The notes: generated from the sequence alone by a model not told the origin. Positions 1-10,468 are shown, numbered from the stretch's first letter. The stretch is DNA of 64,000 nt from a bacterium (GCA_037139975.1 JBAXFJ010000001.1:48586-112585); one strand, 5' to 3'. Program-made: numbers and translations.

Positions 1-887
1 GTGCGATTATGTGTCCCCCACAACTCTTTAAAGCCCTGTGGAAAATGAAAATATACATCGTGCGCCGCGGCAGCATAGTGTGCGCGCTCGTTTTCGGCAT
101 GCTCGTGCCACTGCAAGTTTTTTTCCTGCATACCGAGCGTGCCTACCAAAAAGCTCCATGCAAACTTTCTCCAAGACTCATACACCTCTGTTTGAGTTTC
201 AGGTCGAATAAAGTATTGCATCTCCATCTGTTCGAGTTCGCGGACGCGAAAGATAAAATCGCGCGGGCTGATTTCATTACGAAAGGCTTTGCCAATTTGC
301 GCGATACCAAAGGGCAGCTTCGCGCGACTTGTATCAAGCACACTTTTGTAATTCACAAAAATAGAACCAGCGGTCTCGGGGCGCAGGTAGGCAACTGATG
401 AATCGTCTTCAATGGGGCCGACCCACGTCTTCATCATCATGTTGTACTTGCGTGGAGGAGTCAGCGTCTTTTTGCCACATACCGGACAGGCAACACCGTC
501 GAGCAGCTTGGTGAGCTCGTCTATATCGGTTGAGTCGGTATTCGCAAGATGGTCGGCACGCAGGCGCGAACCGCAGTTCTTACAATCAACGAGCGGGTCA
601 GTAAAACCGGCAACGTGGCCGCTCGCCTCCCACAGCTTTGGGTTTTGTATAATCGCGCCGTCGATACCAAAAATATTGTCTTGGTCCTGAACCACTTTTC
701 GCCACCACAGAGCTTTCAGATTGTTGGCAAGTTCGACACCGAGCGGGCCATAGTCCCAAAAACCAGCCAGACCGCCATAGATTTCGCTCGCAGGGAACAC
801 AAACCCGCGGCGTTTGCAGAGCGAGATTATCTTTTCCATAAGGCCTGCCTGCGCAGGCAGGTTTTCTGATTGTTCTGATTTATCCAT
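1..887 (-). CDS. glyQS: Glycyl-tRNA synthetase (class II, dimeric GlyQS type), N-terminal part; gene continues past window start
   Basis: Manual translation of the minus strand from the ATG at 887 gives MDKSEQSENLPAQAGLMEKIISLCKRRGFVFPASEIYGGLAGFWDYGPLGVELANNLK...GIAQIGKAFRNEISPRDFIFRVRELEQMEMQYF, typical of GlyRS. It is absent from the ORF track because no stop falls inside the window. An alternative start is the Met at 839. Confidence 0.8.
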   Translation of the reverse strand, partial: MDKSEQSENLPAQAGLMEKIISLCKRRGFVFPASEIYGGLAGFWDYGPLGVELANNLKALWWRKVVQDQDNIFGIDGAIIQNPKLWEASGHVAGFTDPLVDCKNCGSRLRADHLANTDSTDIDELTKLLDGVACPVCGKKTLTPPRKYNMMMKTWVGPIEDDSSVAYLRPETAGSIFVNYKSVLDTSRAKLPFGIAQIGKAFRNEISPRDFIFRVRELEQMEMQYFIRPETQTEVYESWRKFAWSFLVGTLGMQEKNLQWHEHAENERAHYAAAAHDVYFHFPQGFKELWGTHNR

Positions 888-902
888 ACAAGTTATTTGA
901 GT

Positions 903-2858
903 TTATTGTTTTGGCGCGACTTGCCCCATACTGCTGGTAAACCCTGAGTCACCCAAAAGCGCGGTGGTGGGTGCTGACGCTTGAGCGTTTACCCCAACCT
1001 GAGCAAACCTGTCTTGACCCACAAGCGTCACGTCGCTGGTGAGTGCGGGCGCCTGACCCACTTGGCTCGCACTTGGCGACAAATTCACCTGAAAGCTGCC
1101 GGTGAGCGCGGGGGCACTGTAACCTACCCCCGCTTTGATGTTGCCGATGTTCCAAGATACTGTGCGACTTGATTTATCATAGGTGATGCCACTCATCCCA
1201 TCTGCCTGCCTAAATTGCACATAGGGCGGCAGCGTTGCCGACACCGCAGCGCCCCCAATACTATTGGAAGAATTACGTATCGTCCAGACGACCGTGTAAG
1301 ACGTGGTTTGCTCGGCCACCGGCGGCATAGGACCCGTGTTCTGGAAGGAACCCGAATAGTGGGTCGCACTTGCCGCAAGCGCAAGCGCTGAAGAGACGCT
1401 TACTTGTGTTGTGGCGGCAGAGGAAACCGTTTGTGGCACACCCGCATCACCCCCCTGCCGCGTGCCCGAGACCGCCACGTTCAAGTTGATGGTCGGGTTG
1501 GTATACACCGTGCCGCCCGCCCCCGGAGAAAGCACTGAAAAACTGAATGGGAACGAACCGCTGCCACCAGGAGGCACGTGCGCCAAGACATCAAGCTGGT
1601 CTTTGGACCAGGTGATCGTCGAATTTGCCGATTGATAAAAACCGCTGCTGGTTTGTATTGAACCCGCATCGAGCATCGGTCCCGCAAGAGAAAGCACGAG
1701 CTGCAGGTTGGAGACGGTGTCGGGTAAATTATTTTGCCAAGTGACCGCCCCCTGCACCACCTGCCCTGCAGACACGGCAACCGTCTTTGCAACAACCCCG
1801 TTGATGGCGATGTGCGCCGTGATGAACGATTGATGAACCGTGAGCGTTTGTGGCACCGACAAGAACGGCGTTTTGACGTGTGTGTCGGTCACGTCGCTGT
1901 CTGACCCAACCAAGAAGGTGAAAACGCGCTGGTCACCATCTTGCCCGTCAATGGACCCATCAAGATGGATTGTTTTTGATGCGCCCGACTCCAACGTACC
2001 CAGCCGCCAAAAGTTTTGTCCTACATCTGCGGCTGGAGTCGCTTGCATTGCCGCAAACCCAAACGGGTATTGCCCCTCAAGCACAGTGTCATGTATAGGC
2101 GCATTCGAGTTGTTGGTTATGGTTACATCCGACCCGAACTGCTGGTTTGCAATCGCCTCACTTGGCATCGACACAACCAGCGAGACTGGCGAAGAACCCA
2201 CGATGAAATCGAGCTCTGTTTGCTTGGTGAATATCGCATTTGAACCCGGGATGTTGTATTGAAGCGTTGCAAGCACTTTTTGCGAAGCCCCCTCCTGCCC
2301 ATAGAAAATAGCACTTGCCGTACGCTTGAGTGCTTGACCAGAAAAAACAGTTCCTAGTGACTGTCGTGCGTGTACCAGCGCCTGCGACTGGTCAGCAGGG
2401 TCGCGCGTCGTTTGAGGATAGTCGAGCAAAAGGTCGACCATCTGGAGCGGCACCTGGTTGCGATTGTTGATTAAAATCTGAAAGGTTGTTGGTTTGCCGC
2501 CGTCGATGACCGAGGGTGCGACAATCTGCATGTCGATATTCTGTGGTGAGATGGTGTTGCCTCCAAAGAAAAACATGTATGCCGCGACACCCATTGCACC
2601 AACAAAAAATAGGGCCGAGGTAATAAAAAACTTTGTGGCAAACGACACTTCTTGCTTCTTTTTCATCTGCATAAATTGAAGGATGTCTGATTTTTGATGT
2701 GGTTGTTCCCCTCCCCACGCGGTGGGTACGTGCACATCCTGCATCGAGAGCGATGTGCGTTGCACAGGGTCGATGTCGGGAGTCTCAGTGCGCGAGTAAA
2801 GCGCGCTCTTCAAGTCGTCCACCGCATCGGCATTCTTCTTCTTCTTTCTGAAGGCCAT
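903..2858 (-). CDS. Large membrane-anchored surface protein with repeated beta-rich (Ig/CARDB-like) domains, hypothetical
   Basis: ORF 903..3080 trimmed to the Met at 2858 (MAFRKKKKNADAVDD...). It has an N-terminal TM helix (FFITSALFFVGAMGVAAYMFFF) followed by a long Thr/Ser/Gly/Val-rich extracellular region. The upstream extension of the ORF would overlap recO. Confidence 0.55.
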   Translation of the reverse strand: MAFRKKKKNADAVDDLKSALYSRTETPDIDPVQRTSLSMQDVHVPTAWGGEQPHQKSDILQFMQMKKKQEVSFATKFFITSALFFVGAMGVAAYMFFFGGNTISPQNIDMQIVAPSVIDGGKPTTFQILINNRNQVPLQMVDLLLDYPQTTRDPADQSQALVHARQSLGTVFSGQALKRTASAIFYGQEGASQKVLATLQYNIPGSNAIFTKQTELDFIVGSSPVSLVVSMPSEAIANQQFGSDVTITNNSNAPIHDTVLEGQYPFGFAAMQATPAADVGQNFWRLGTLESGASKTIHLDGSIDGQDGDQRVFTFLVGSDSDVTDTHVKTPFLSVPQTLTVHQSFITAHIAINGVVAKTVAVSAGQVVQGAVTWQNNLPDTVSNLQLVLSLAGPMLDAGSIQTSSGFYQSANSTITWSKDQLDVLAHVPPGGSGSFPFSFSVLSPGAGGTVYTNPTINLNVAVSGTRQGGDAGVPQTVSSAATTQVSVSSALALAASATHYSGSFQNTGPMPPVAEQTTSYTVVWTIRNSSNSIGGAAVSATLPPYVQFRQADGMSGITYDKSSRTVSWNIGNIKAGVGYSAPALTGSFQVNLSPSASQVGQAPALTSDVTLVGQDRFAQVGVNAQASAPTTALLGDSGFTSSMGQVAPKQ

Positions 2859-2883
2859 TACACAGAAGTATACTACAGCCTCG

Positions 2884-3543
2884 CTAGAGCCCCGTAGCAG
2901 TGAGGCTCTCGTTAATAGTGCGGATGAGGAAGGGGCGCGAGCGCGCCACTTCATCGGCAAGTTCGAGTGAGAAGAATCCGCCAACTGGCGGACCGGCCGA
3001 AGGGTTCGGCATAAACGGTGCAAGTTCCGTTGTCTGTGGCAAGTAGCCAAGGTTAGCAAGGACGCGCAGCACCAGCACACATTCTATCGACTCGGCATCT
3101 TTTTGACTTTCGGCACGCGCAAGGTGCGTGAGGCCATCGGTGACCAGCGCATAGAGCTCGGGCACCGACTCTTCACCATGAATGAGGCGCAAAAGTAATT
3201 TTGTGATACGTGCGAGCGACGCACGGCGCTGCGTGTGGGTAAAAGAACCTTGCTCAGCACCTTCTGTTTCCGCATTCTCGCTATTTTTAGGCAAAACAAG
3301 CAGCGCGCGTTCGGGACCCTCGACCCCCACCAGCTTCCATTCGTAGCGGCCACGCACTAAAGAAAAGCGCGCTTGCGTGAGTGTCTCGAGCCCATAGCGC
3401 AGCTTTGACTTGGCGAGGCGCGCGGAGCGGGCTGACGCACGAATGAGCCCCAGCTCTTTGGTGAACAATGCGACCGTGGTATTGGCCTCGCCTGCTCCAC
3501 GCTTGACCAACACCAACCCCTCGGTGACAAAAATCTTATGCAT
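2884..3543 (-). CDS. recO: DNA repair protein RecO
   Basis: N-terminus MHKIFVTEGLVLVKRGAGEANTTVALFTKELGLIRA and overall length (219 aa) match RecO. Its start overlaps the ileS stop by 8 nt. Confidence 0.8.
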   Translation of the reverse strand: MHKIFVTEGLVLVKRGAGEANTTVALFTKELGLIRASARSARLAKSKLRYGLETLTQARFSLVRGRYEWKLVGVEGPERALLVLPKNSENAETEGAEQGSFTHTQRRASLARITKLLLRLIHGEESVPELYALVTDGLTHLARAESQKDAESIECVLVLRVLANLGYLPQTTELAPFMPNPSAGPPVGGFFSLELADEVARSRPFLIRTINESLTATGL

Positions 3544-6500
3544 TCTCTTCTACAATCGTCAGTTCTGAAAGTCCTGTTGCCACCACGAGCGCGGCTTTGT
3601 GTTTGTGTGCAACCGTGGCTTCTTTTTCTGACACAACCAACTCATACACAGGTCTGTCTGAAATCACTAAGCCCTGGGTCTTGCGCCAGCCCTGGATGCG
3701 CCTCGTGAGGTCGCGCACAATTCCCTCTTCTTCAAGTTCAGGGGTGAGTTCTGTATCCAACCCGACTTCGCTGTTCAGGTTTTTGTCCTCTACAATTTCT
3801 TTGACGTTTATTTCTTCGGCAATGATTGCGCACAGCTCAGGCGAAAGCGTGAGTGTTTTAACTGAAAGTTTAGCGAGTGGTTGGCGGACCTTGATGCCTG
3901 CTTTCTCACGCTCTTGCAGCCCCAAAGAAGAGAGCTCGCGCACTTGGTTCATGTCTTTCAAAAGTTGCTCGTCTACCACCCCAGCCACAGGCCAATGTGC
4001 CAAGTGCACACTTTCTGCTTCGGTCTCATCCTCACTTTTTACCTTTTGGAACAAGTCCTCAGCAAAAAACGGCATTGCGGGCGCCATCACCAATGCGGTC
4101 GTGTAGAGCACGTGGCGCAACGTCGCAAGCGCTTGTTGTTTGTCGTCGCCATCAACTTTAAACCTATCGCGCGAGCGGCGTACATACCACGTCGAGAGGT
4201 CATCGATGAAGCTGGCCAGCGGCCGCATCGCCACGTCGAGCTCATATTTTTCAAACCCACTTGTTGTGTCACGTACCAATTCACCCAAACGTGAAAGGAT
4301 CCATCGATCTAATACATACAGGTCCGCCGAAACACGTCCTGCGAAAAAGTCCTCGGGCCTCCCTCGCCCGTCTTTAGACGAGCTTCGAGCCAGACTATTT
4401 TCTCGGACATCTTTCGGCTCCCCCATGCGCGAAGAAACTTCCAGCGAAGTGGGTACATACAACTCATAAAAACTTCGCACATTGTCGAGCCGCATCAAAA
4501 GTTTCTTGGCCACTTCTTCGACACTGCGCATCGAAAAGTTGAAGTCCTCGGCGTGCACTACCGACGAGCTCAAAAGTGTGTAGCGCAGGGCGTCAGCGCC
4601 ACATGAAGCGACCACGTCCATCGGGTCAGGATAATTCTTGAGGCGCTTGCTCATCTTTTGACCGTCTTGCGCCAGGACCATGCCATTCACGATGACATTT
4701 TTGTAGGGACTTTTGCCAAAGAGCGCAGTGCCCAAAACGATGAGCGAATAGAACCATCCGCGTGTCTGGTCGAGCCCTTCAGCGATGAAGTCGGCGGGAT
4801 AGCCTTTGGAAAACAGCCCGAGCATGCGCGTGGGGTGGAAGCCTTTTTTATTGAATGGATAGTGCCCGCGTGCAAACGGCATCGAACCCGACTCAAACCA
4901 ACAATCAAAGACGTCCGTGACACGCTTCCACTCACCATGTACCGCGTCGCCCAGCGGTACCTCGTCGATGTAGGGCCGGTGCAGGTCGAGCGCAAACGTG
5001 GCGCTGTGCGGATAGGCAATGAAGTCTATTTTTTTATGTTCAGCAAGAGTAAACAGATGCCCACGGTGTGTGCGCGACTCCATGTCTTTGTGGTCCGAAA
5101 TCGCGGCAATTTCGGTCAGGAGCCACGCAGGAACTTCGTGCGTCACAATGAGGATAGTCTTGCCACTATAGCGCTGCTCGATGTCAAACAAGAAGTCTCC
5201 CACCCGTGTGCGCACAGCATTGTAGTTTTCAGCCCCAACCAGGGCATGATTAAACTTGTCTGATAGCGTGGCAAAGAGCCCACGCCACTCTTCGATGCGT
5301 TTGCCTTCATGTTCTCCAAACTGAGTCTCGACGAGGCGCGTGTCGGTCATCACGACCGAGTTTTGCAAACCAAGCTCACGGCAAACAATCTGTGCGGTCT
5401 CTTGCGTGCGGACCAAAGGCGAGACAACAACCATGTCGATGCCCATCTTTTTGAGCGTCTGCGCCGAAGTGCGCACCTGCTCCTTCCCCACTTCGGTCAG
5501 ATTATTTTCTATTTCATTGGTTGAGTTGACGAACCCCTCAACATTGCTCTTGGCTTCACCGTGTCGCATCACCACATAGGTGTTGCCTGAGCGACGCACG
5601 AGCGAGAGCAGCTCTTTCACCGAGCCCACCACTTTCAATTCCTTGGTTTTGCTGTGACGCCACACGGGAATGGGCGCACCCCAGTAGCGGCTGCGTGAAA
5701 TAGCCCAGTCGGGCGCCGAGGCCAAGCCGTTTTGAAAACGCCCCACGCCCACATGGCCCGGCACCCAGGTCACCCTTTTGTTTTGGGCCAGGAGTTTTGG
5801 CTTGATGCTTTGCACATTTACAAACCACGAGTTCGCCGCCCAATTGAGCAGCGGCGTATCGCAGCGCCAACAGTGTGGGTAGGAGTGCGTAACTTTTTCA
5901 CTATGGAAAAGCAACCCGCGCTCTTTTAAATTTTCGATAATTTTTGCATCAGTCTCCATGTGCCGCCCTTTTGGCTTCACGGGCAGGTGGGCAAAGTCAG
6001 TGACGGTTGCCACAAACTTGCCTTCGTCGGTCACGTGGTGAATGAGTGGGATCTTTTCTTTTTGTGCCAATTCCAAGTCCTCGGCACCATAGGCAGGCGC
6101 CAAGTGCACGATGCCGGTGCCGTCTTCGAGCGTCACATAGGGCGCGGCATACACACGCCACGCGTGCGTTTTGTGTTTGTGCAAGTCGCCCACAAAATAA
6201 TCAAATGGCGGCGTGTATCGCTTGCCCACCAAGTCCTTTCCCAAAATCTCGCCATGGACTTTCACGTCGGCACCCAAAACCTTTTCGGCAAGTGCTTTTG
6301 CCACCACCACAAACCCATCGCCCACTTTTGCTTTCACATATACCGCTTCGGCATTAACCGCAGCAGCGGTATTGCCGGGGAGCGTCCAGGGCGTCGTCGT
6401 CCAAATGAGCAGTGAGGTTTCGGGCTCGTCCACCAGCGGCAGTTTGACGGTGACCGCAAAATCCTCGATGTCCGCATACCCCTGAGCCACCTCAAAGTTG

Positions 6501-7102
6501 GAAAGTGTGGTCGAGCAGCGCGGGCACAAATGCATCGCCTTGAAGCCTTCGTAGATGAGCTTTTTGCTGTGCAGGCGCTTGAACGCCCACCACACCGACT
6601 CGGTATAGGTGGCGTCCATCGTTTTGTAGTCGTTTTCCATGTCGGCCCAGCGCCCCATGCGCGGGATGATGCGCCTCCAGTCAGAGACGTCCTGCATGAT
6701 GCTCTTTCGCGCGGTCTCGTTAAATTTAGCGATGCCGAACTCTTCGATGTCGCGCTTGTTTTTAAATCCGAGTTGCTTCTCGACTAAATTTTCAACCGGG
6801 AGGCCATGGCAGTCCCAGCCCCACTGACGCGGCACGCGGAAGCCCTGCATGGTGCGGTAGCGCGGGATGGCGTCTTTGATTGATGACGCCAAGATGTGCC
6901 CATAGTGCGGCAAGCCGTTGGCAAACGGTGGGCCGTCATAAAAAATATACTCACCCTTGGGCGCGGGCTTTTGCAGCGACTTTTCAAAAATGTGGTGATT
7001 GTTCCAAAACGCGAGCACTTTCTCCTCGCGCTTTGCAAATTCTGATTTTGGCTTTTCGGGTTCGTGATGCAATTCCTCCCCTCCCTGGCTTTGCGTATCC
7101 AT
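3536..7102 (-). CDS. ileS: Isoleucyl-tRNA synthetase with an inserted histidine-phosphatase-like domain
   Basis: Class I motifs are present (PPFANGLPHYGHIL = HIGH region; KMSKRLKNYPDP = KMSKS). The editing-domain block TPWTLPGN is present. The protein is 1188 aa. About 200 aa (roughly aa 505-705, nt 4990-5590) carrying an RHGE motif are inserted between PIPVW and LHRPYID. Confidence 0.95.
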   Translation of the reverse strand: MDTQSQGGEELHHEPEKPKSEFAKREEKVLAFWNNHHIFEKSLQKPAPKGEYIFYDGPPFANGLPHYGHILASSIKDAIPRYRTMQGFRVPRQWGWDCHGLPVENLVEKQLGFKNKRDIEEFGIAKFNETARKSIMQDVSDWRRIIPRMGRWADMENDYKTMDATYTESVWWAFKRLHSKKLIYEGFKAMHLCPRCSTTLSNFEVAQGYADIEDFAVTVKLPLVDEPETSLLIWTTTPWTLPGNTAAAVNAEAVYVKAKVGDGFVVVAKALAEKVLGADVKVHGEILGKDLVGKRYTPPFDYFVGDLHKHKTHAWRVYAAPYVTLEDGTGIVHLAPAYGAEDLELAQKEKIPLIHHVTDEGKFVATVTDFAHLPVKPKGRHMETDAKIIENLKERGLLFHSEKVTHSYPHCWRCDTPLLNWAANSWFVNVQSIKPKLLAQNKRVTWVPGHVGVGRFQNGLASAPDWAISRSRYWGAPIPVWRHSKTKELKVVGSVKELLSLVRRSGNTYVVMRHGEAKSNVEGFVNSTNEIENNLTEVGKEQVRTSAQTLKKMGIDMVVVSPLVRTQETAQIVCRELGLQNSVVMTDTRLVETQFGEHEGKRIEEWRGLFATLSDKFNHALVGAENYNAVRTRVGDFLFDIEQRYSGKTILIVTHEVPAWLLTEIAAISDHKDMESRTHRGHLFTLAEHKKIDFIAYPHSATFALDLHRPYIDEVPLGDAVHGEWKRVTDVFDCWFESGSMPFARGHYPFNKKGFHPTRMLGLFSKGYPADFIAEGLDQTRGWFYSLIVLGTALFGKSPYKNVIVNGMVLAQDGQKMSKRLKNYPDPMDVVASCGADALRYTLLSSSVVHAEDFNFSMRSVEEVAKKLLMRLDNVRSFYELYVPTSLEVSSRMGEPKDVRENSLARSSSKDGRGRPEDFFAGRVSADLYVLDRWILSRLGELVRDTTSGFEKYELDVAMRPLASFIDDLSTWYVRRSRDRFKVDGDDKQQALATLRHVLYTTALVMAPAMPFFAEDLFQKVKSEDETEAESVHLAHWPVAGVVDEQLLKDMNQVRELSSLGLQEREKAGIKVRQPLAKLSVKTLTLSPELCAIIAEEINVKEIVEDKNLNSEVGLDTELTPELEEEGIVRDLTRRIQGWRKTQGLVISDRPVYELVVSEKEATVAHKHKAALVVATGLSELTIVEENA

Positions 7103-7164
7103 AGCCTAAAATATAGCACTTTCATGAACTTTTTGCTTTCTTTGGATTTTGGAGTATAAAAGAA

Positions 7165-7530
7165 ATGGAGTGTCAGCGACGAAAGGAACCCAACATGCCG
7201 AACGGTCCCCAACCAGCTTCGAATTTTTGGAAGAAACAGGACGGAACGCAGGACGAAGAAAAGATTGCCTTGTTGACCGAACTGTGGAACGAGCGTGACC
7301 CCAACGACCCAAGCAAGCCGCGCTACCCCGCCTCTGAGATAGGCACAAAGATGGGCGCAACGGCGGAGGCTATTACCCAGAAAGCAAAGAGGCTCAACCT
7401 GTCTAGGCGCACATCATCAATTCCCAAAAAAACACCGAACCCAAGAGATGGTACGAGTCGGTCTCCTGGAAGTGGTCGAATTCTCGGATCAACCCTGGAC
7501 ATCCTACCAAGCCTACGTGGTCACCAATAA
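7165..7530 (+). CDS. Hypothetical protein with a GcrA-like N-terminal helix-turn-helix
   Basis: ALLTELWNERDPND...ASEIGTKMGATAEAITQKAKRLNL resembles the GcrA N-terminal HTH. The likely start is the Met at 7195. Confidence 0.35.
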   Translation: MECQRRKEPNMPNGPQPASNFWKKQDGTQDEEKIALLTELWNERDPNDPSKPRYPASEIGTKMGATAEAITQKAKRLNLSRRTSSIPKKTPNPRDGTSRSPGSGRILGSTLDILPSLRGHQ

Positions 7531-7552
7531 TCCTTGGTGACTTTTTCTTTTT

Positions 7553-9322
7553 TTACATCTCCTCGGGCGCAGGGATGCCGAGCAGGGTCAAACCATTCTT
7601 CAATACACTTTCAAATGCTTCGGTGAGCAAAAGCGCAGACTGCGGATTGGGGCCGCCCACCACACGCTCAACCATATACCAACTATTAAACGCCGAGGCA
7701 AGCTCGGTGAGATAGGTGGTAACGTAGTGGGGCTCAAGCTCGGCAGCAGCGCGCTCGACGACTTCAGTAAAGTGAATGAGCGTGCGCTCGAGCGTTACTC
7801 GTGGATTTATAGGCGAAGAAAAATCAGATGTCGCAGCGTTCCCTGACCAACCTGCAGCGGAGACAGGTGATTTTTCTTCGCCTGAGCCTGCTATGACGCC
7901 AGCTTCTTTTGCGGCCTTCATGATAGACAGTGCGCGCACGCGCGCGTATTGCAGGTACGGCCCCGAATCGCCCTGGAGCGAGAGCGATTTTTCAGGATCG
8001 AAGATAATATCTTTGCCGCTCCCCTGCTTGAGCACTGCATATTTAATCGCGCCCACCGCGATTTGCTCGGCGGTTTTTTCCACATCTTTTAATTCCCTCC
8101 CCTGCATCTTTTCTTTCGCCGCGTCTTTCAAATCCATCAAGAGTGACTCGCCGGTTATCGCATTACCCTTGCGCGACGACATTTTGCCAGTCGTGAGTTT
8201 AAGGAAGCCATGAAAGCGTCCAATCATCTTGCCCTCGAGGTCGGGAAAGACAAGTTCTGCCGCCTTACGCACCACTTTGAAATAATCTTGTATCTCGTTT
8301 GCGGTAACGGTAATAGACAGCGCGAAATCGCCTTTTTCTTTTTTTGCTTCAACCAGCCCAAGCTCTTTAGCCTCGTAGGTGGGCAGGCCCTTGCTGTTTA
8401 CAAACACGCGGGTATGCAGGCCATACTGCTCGCCTTTAAACACCACTGCGCCTTCGCTCTCTTCGAACACCTCTGGATGTTTTTTGACGATCTCTAAACC
8501 AACCGGCCCCACCTGACTCTCAAAAAAATAGTAGTCAAATTTTGTACCCAGCATCGCATAGAGTTTTTCAAAATGCTCCAGAGACTGCGCTCTGCCCGCT
8601 TCATACAGCGCGTTTACTGCGGCATCGGTTTTTTCATAAATAATTTTGTTGAGCTCGTCTACTTCCTCTTTGTGTGCGTCATAGCGTTCAGAGCCAAAGA
8701 CGTATGCCTCGCCCCACAAGCTTTCAGGCTTTTGCTGTTTGCCCCAAATGGCTTTGGCAACATGCACCCCCACGTCGCCTTGGTAGTTGGCGCGCGCGAC
8801 CGTGGCGCCGGCAGCTTCAAACAGATGCGCTATAGACTCGCCAATGGTGTTGGTCATTAAGTGGCCAATATGAAACTCTTTAAACGGGTTTGGATCGGTG
8901 TACTCCACCATCACCTTCTGGCCCTTGAGGTCTGATTTGATTTCACCAAATTCGCCCCCTGCGATTTTTTCTATCTCACTCGCGACAGCCTCGTGCGAAA
9001 GAAAGAAGTTAATGAACCCTGGGCCCGCGATTTCTATTTTTGAAATCCCTTCTAATGAAATGGAGGGGGAAACTTTCTGAAGAAAATGGTCTGGCCGAGC
9101 GGAGCGAGGAGATCCGAGGACCTTTTCGGAAGAAAGTTTCTCCTGAAGCATCTCGGCGATCTCCCGCGGATTCTTTTCGAGCTGTTTTGCAGCAATGAGA
9201 GCCGCATTGGTAGAGTAGTCGCCATGACTCATATCGCCGGGCCGCTCCACCACAAATGGTGCATCGGGTACGCCGAGCTCAACAAGGGCTTTTTGGATTG
9301 CGATGTATAGTGCTTCGCGCAT
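7553..9322 (-). CDS. argS: Arginyl-tRNA synthetase
   Basis: 589 aa with an ArgRS-like N-terminal domain, an ...HIGHLMTNTIGESI... HIGH-like block and the typical C-terminal anticodon-binding region. Confidence 0.9.
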   Translation of the reverse strand: MREALYIAIQKALVELGVPDAPFVVERPGDMSHGDYSTNAALIAAKQLEKNPREIAEMLQEKLSSEKVLGSPRSARPDHFLQKVSPSISLEGISKIEIAGPGFINFFLSHEAVASEIEKIAGGEFGEIKSDLKGQKVMVEYTDPNPFKEFHIGHLMTNTIGESIAHLFEAAGATVARANYQGDVGVHVAKAIWGKQQKPESLWGEAYVFGSERYDAHKEEVDELNKIIYEKTDAAVNALYEAGRAQSLEHFEKLYAMLGTKFDYYFFESQVGPVGLEIVKKHPEVFEESEGAVVFKGEQYGLHTRVFVNSKGLPTYEAKELGLVEAKKEKGDFALSITVTANEIQDYFKVVRKAAELVFPDLEGKMIGRFHGFLKLTTGKMSSRKGNAITGESLLMDLKDAAKEKMQGRELKDVEKTAEQIAVGAIKYAVLKQGSGKDIIFDPEKSLSLQGDSGPYLQYARVRALSIMKAAKEAGVIAGSGEEKSPVSAAGWSGNAATSDFSSPINPRVTLERTLIHFTEVVERAAAELEPHYVTTYLTELASAFNSWYMVERVVGGPNPQSALLLTEAFESVLKNGLTLLGIPAPEEM

Positions 9323-9340
9323 AAAAATTACAGTACCCGC

Positions 9341-10468
9341 CTAGAGCGTGGTTGTCGAGAGTGCGGGGGCAGACAGGCTCTCTGCCACCGTGAACGAGAT
9401 GCGCCCTACCAGCGCCCCGCGGCCGGTCTCGATGTTGCAGCGCCACGCGCCCGGCGTGAGGCTGTTTTCGATGCTGTAGCCGCGATAGCCACCATCGCGC
9501 CCGCCGTTTATCGGGAATGAAACAAGCGAGCGCGTCTCCCAGTTTTTATTCGCTGTATTGTATTTCTCCCACCGGTGCACAATAGGAGCCCCGAGCCCAC
9601 CGGGCGCAAAGACCGCGCTGTAGCAATAGGCGCTTTGGTAGCTGTTCAGGGAGCTAAGTGTAGTGAACTGCGCGCTCGTATCGCGCCAAAAGACATACCA
9701 CGCTGGTTTTTCATAACTCGCAGTGTAGATGTCCCCCGCACTGTTTGCCTCGGGCAATACCGCGAGCGAATGGTAGATGCCAATTTCTTTCAGCGACAGT
9801 GGCACGGGCGGAATAATATTTAAAAAATAGAGACCATTAAACACGAGGCAGATACCAAGCGCGATACCCGCCACCTCGCGCAGCTGCCCCCGCTCACTGC
9901 GGCGAAATACAAAATGATGAAGTAGCGAAAGAAACCCCAGGATGATGCCAAGGCTGAGCGCACTACTCATCAAAAAGACATCCGTCCCGATGCGGTGCAA
10001 CAGAAACGTCGGCACGGCGATGACGCAGTACGTCAGGAGCAGGAAATAATAGACGGCAACATTAAAGCGCAGTTGCTCGTAGCGGCCTTTCAAAAATTCG
10101 TTCCCGAGTGCAAACGCGAGTAAGATACCAACAAATAAAAAGCTTCCTCCGATGGTCCCACTCTTGCCATAGAGGATGAGCAGGTTGTTAGCCAACCCTC
10201 CAAAACAAAATTGCAAAATGAGCAGGAGCGCGAGCGGCTCGGCAGGGTTTTCTTTCTCCATGTTGCGCCGGAGCGTGCGCATATTGAGCGCGAGGATAAT
10301 CGCCGCAGCAAAGAAGAGATAGAAGAGAAGCAGAACATTGTCGGCGACGCTGTCGGGGCGCTTGGCCAAAAACAGGTCAAACGAGAAACCAAACGCCAAC
10401 CCACCGAGGCCAATATGCCGCTGATACTTTGCCCAAAAGGAAATGAAGCGAGCCCATGCTTTTTGCAT
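9341..10468 (-). CDS. Polytopic membrane protein with C-terminal extracellular domain, hypothetical
   Basis: About 8 predicted TM helices followed by a soluble C-terminal domain. No recognisable motif. Confidence 0.55.
   Translation of the reverse strand: MQKAWARFISFWAKYQRHIGLGGLAFGFSFDLFLAKRPDSVADNVLLLFYLFFAAAIILALNMRTLRRNMEKENPAEPLALLLILQFCFGGLANNLLILYGKSGTIGGSFLFVGILLAFALGNEFLKGRYEQLRFNVAVYYFLLLTYCVIAVPTFLLHRIGTDVFLMSSALSLGIILGFLSLLHHFVFRRSERGQLREVAGIALGICLVFNGLYFLNIIPPVPLSLKEIGIYHSLAVLPEANSAGDIYTASYEKPAWYVFWRDTSAQFTTLSSLNSYQSAYCYSAVFAPGGLGAPIVHRWEKYNTANKNWETRSLVSFPINGGRDGGYRGYSIENSLTPGAWRCNIETGRGALVGRISFTVAESLSAPALSTTTL

Noticed and set aside
3597-6827. Multiple plus-strand track ORFs (3597..4106, 3881..4294, 4658..5263, 5960..6415 and others) antisense to ileS
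   Set aside because: All lie within the well-supported 1188-aa ileS reading frame on the opposite strand and lack any motif.
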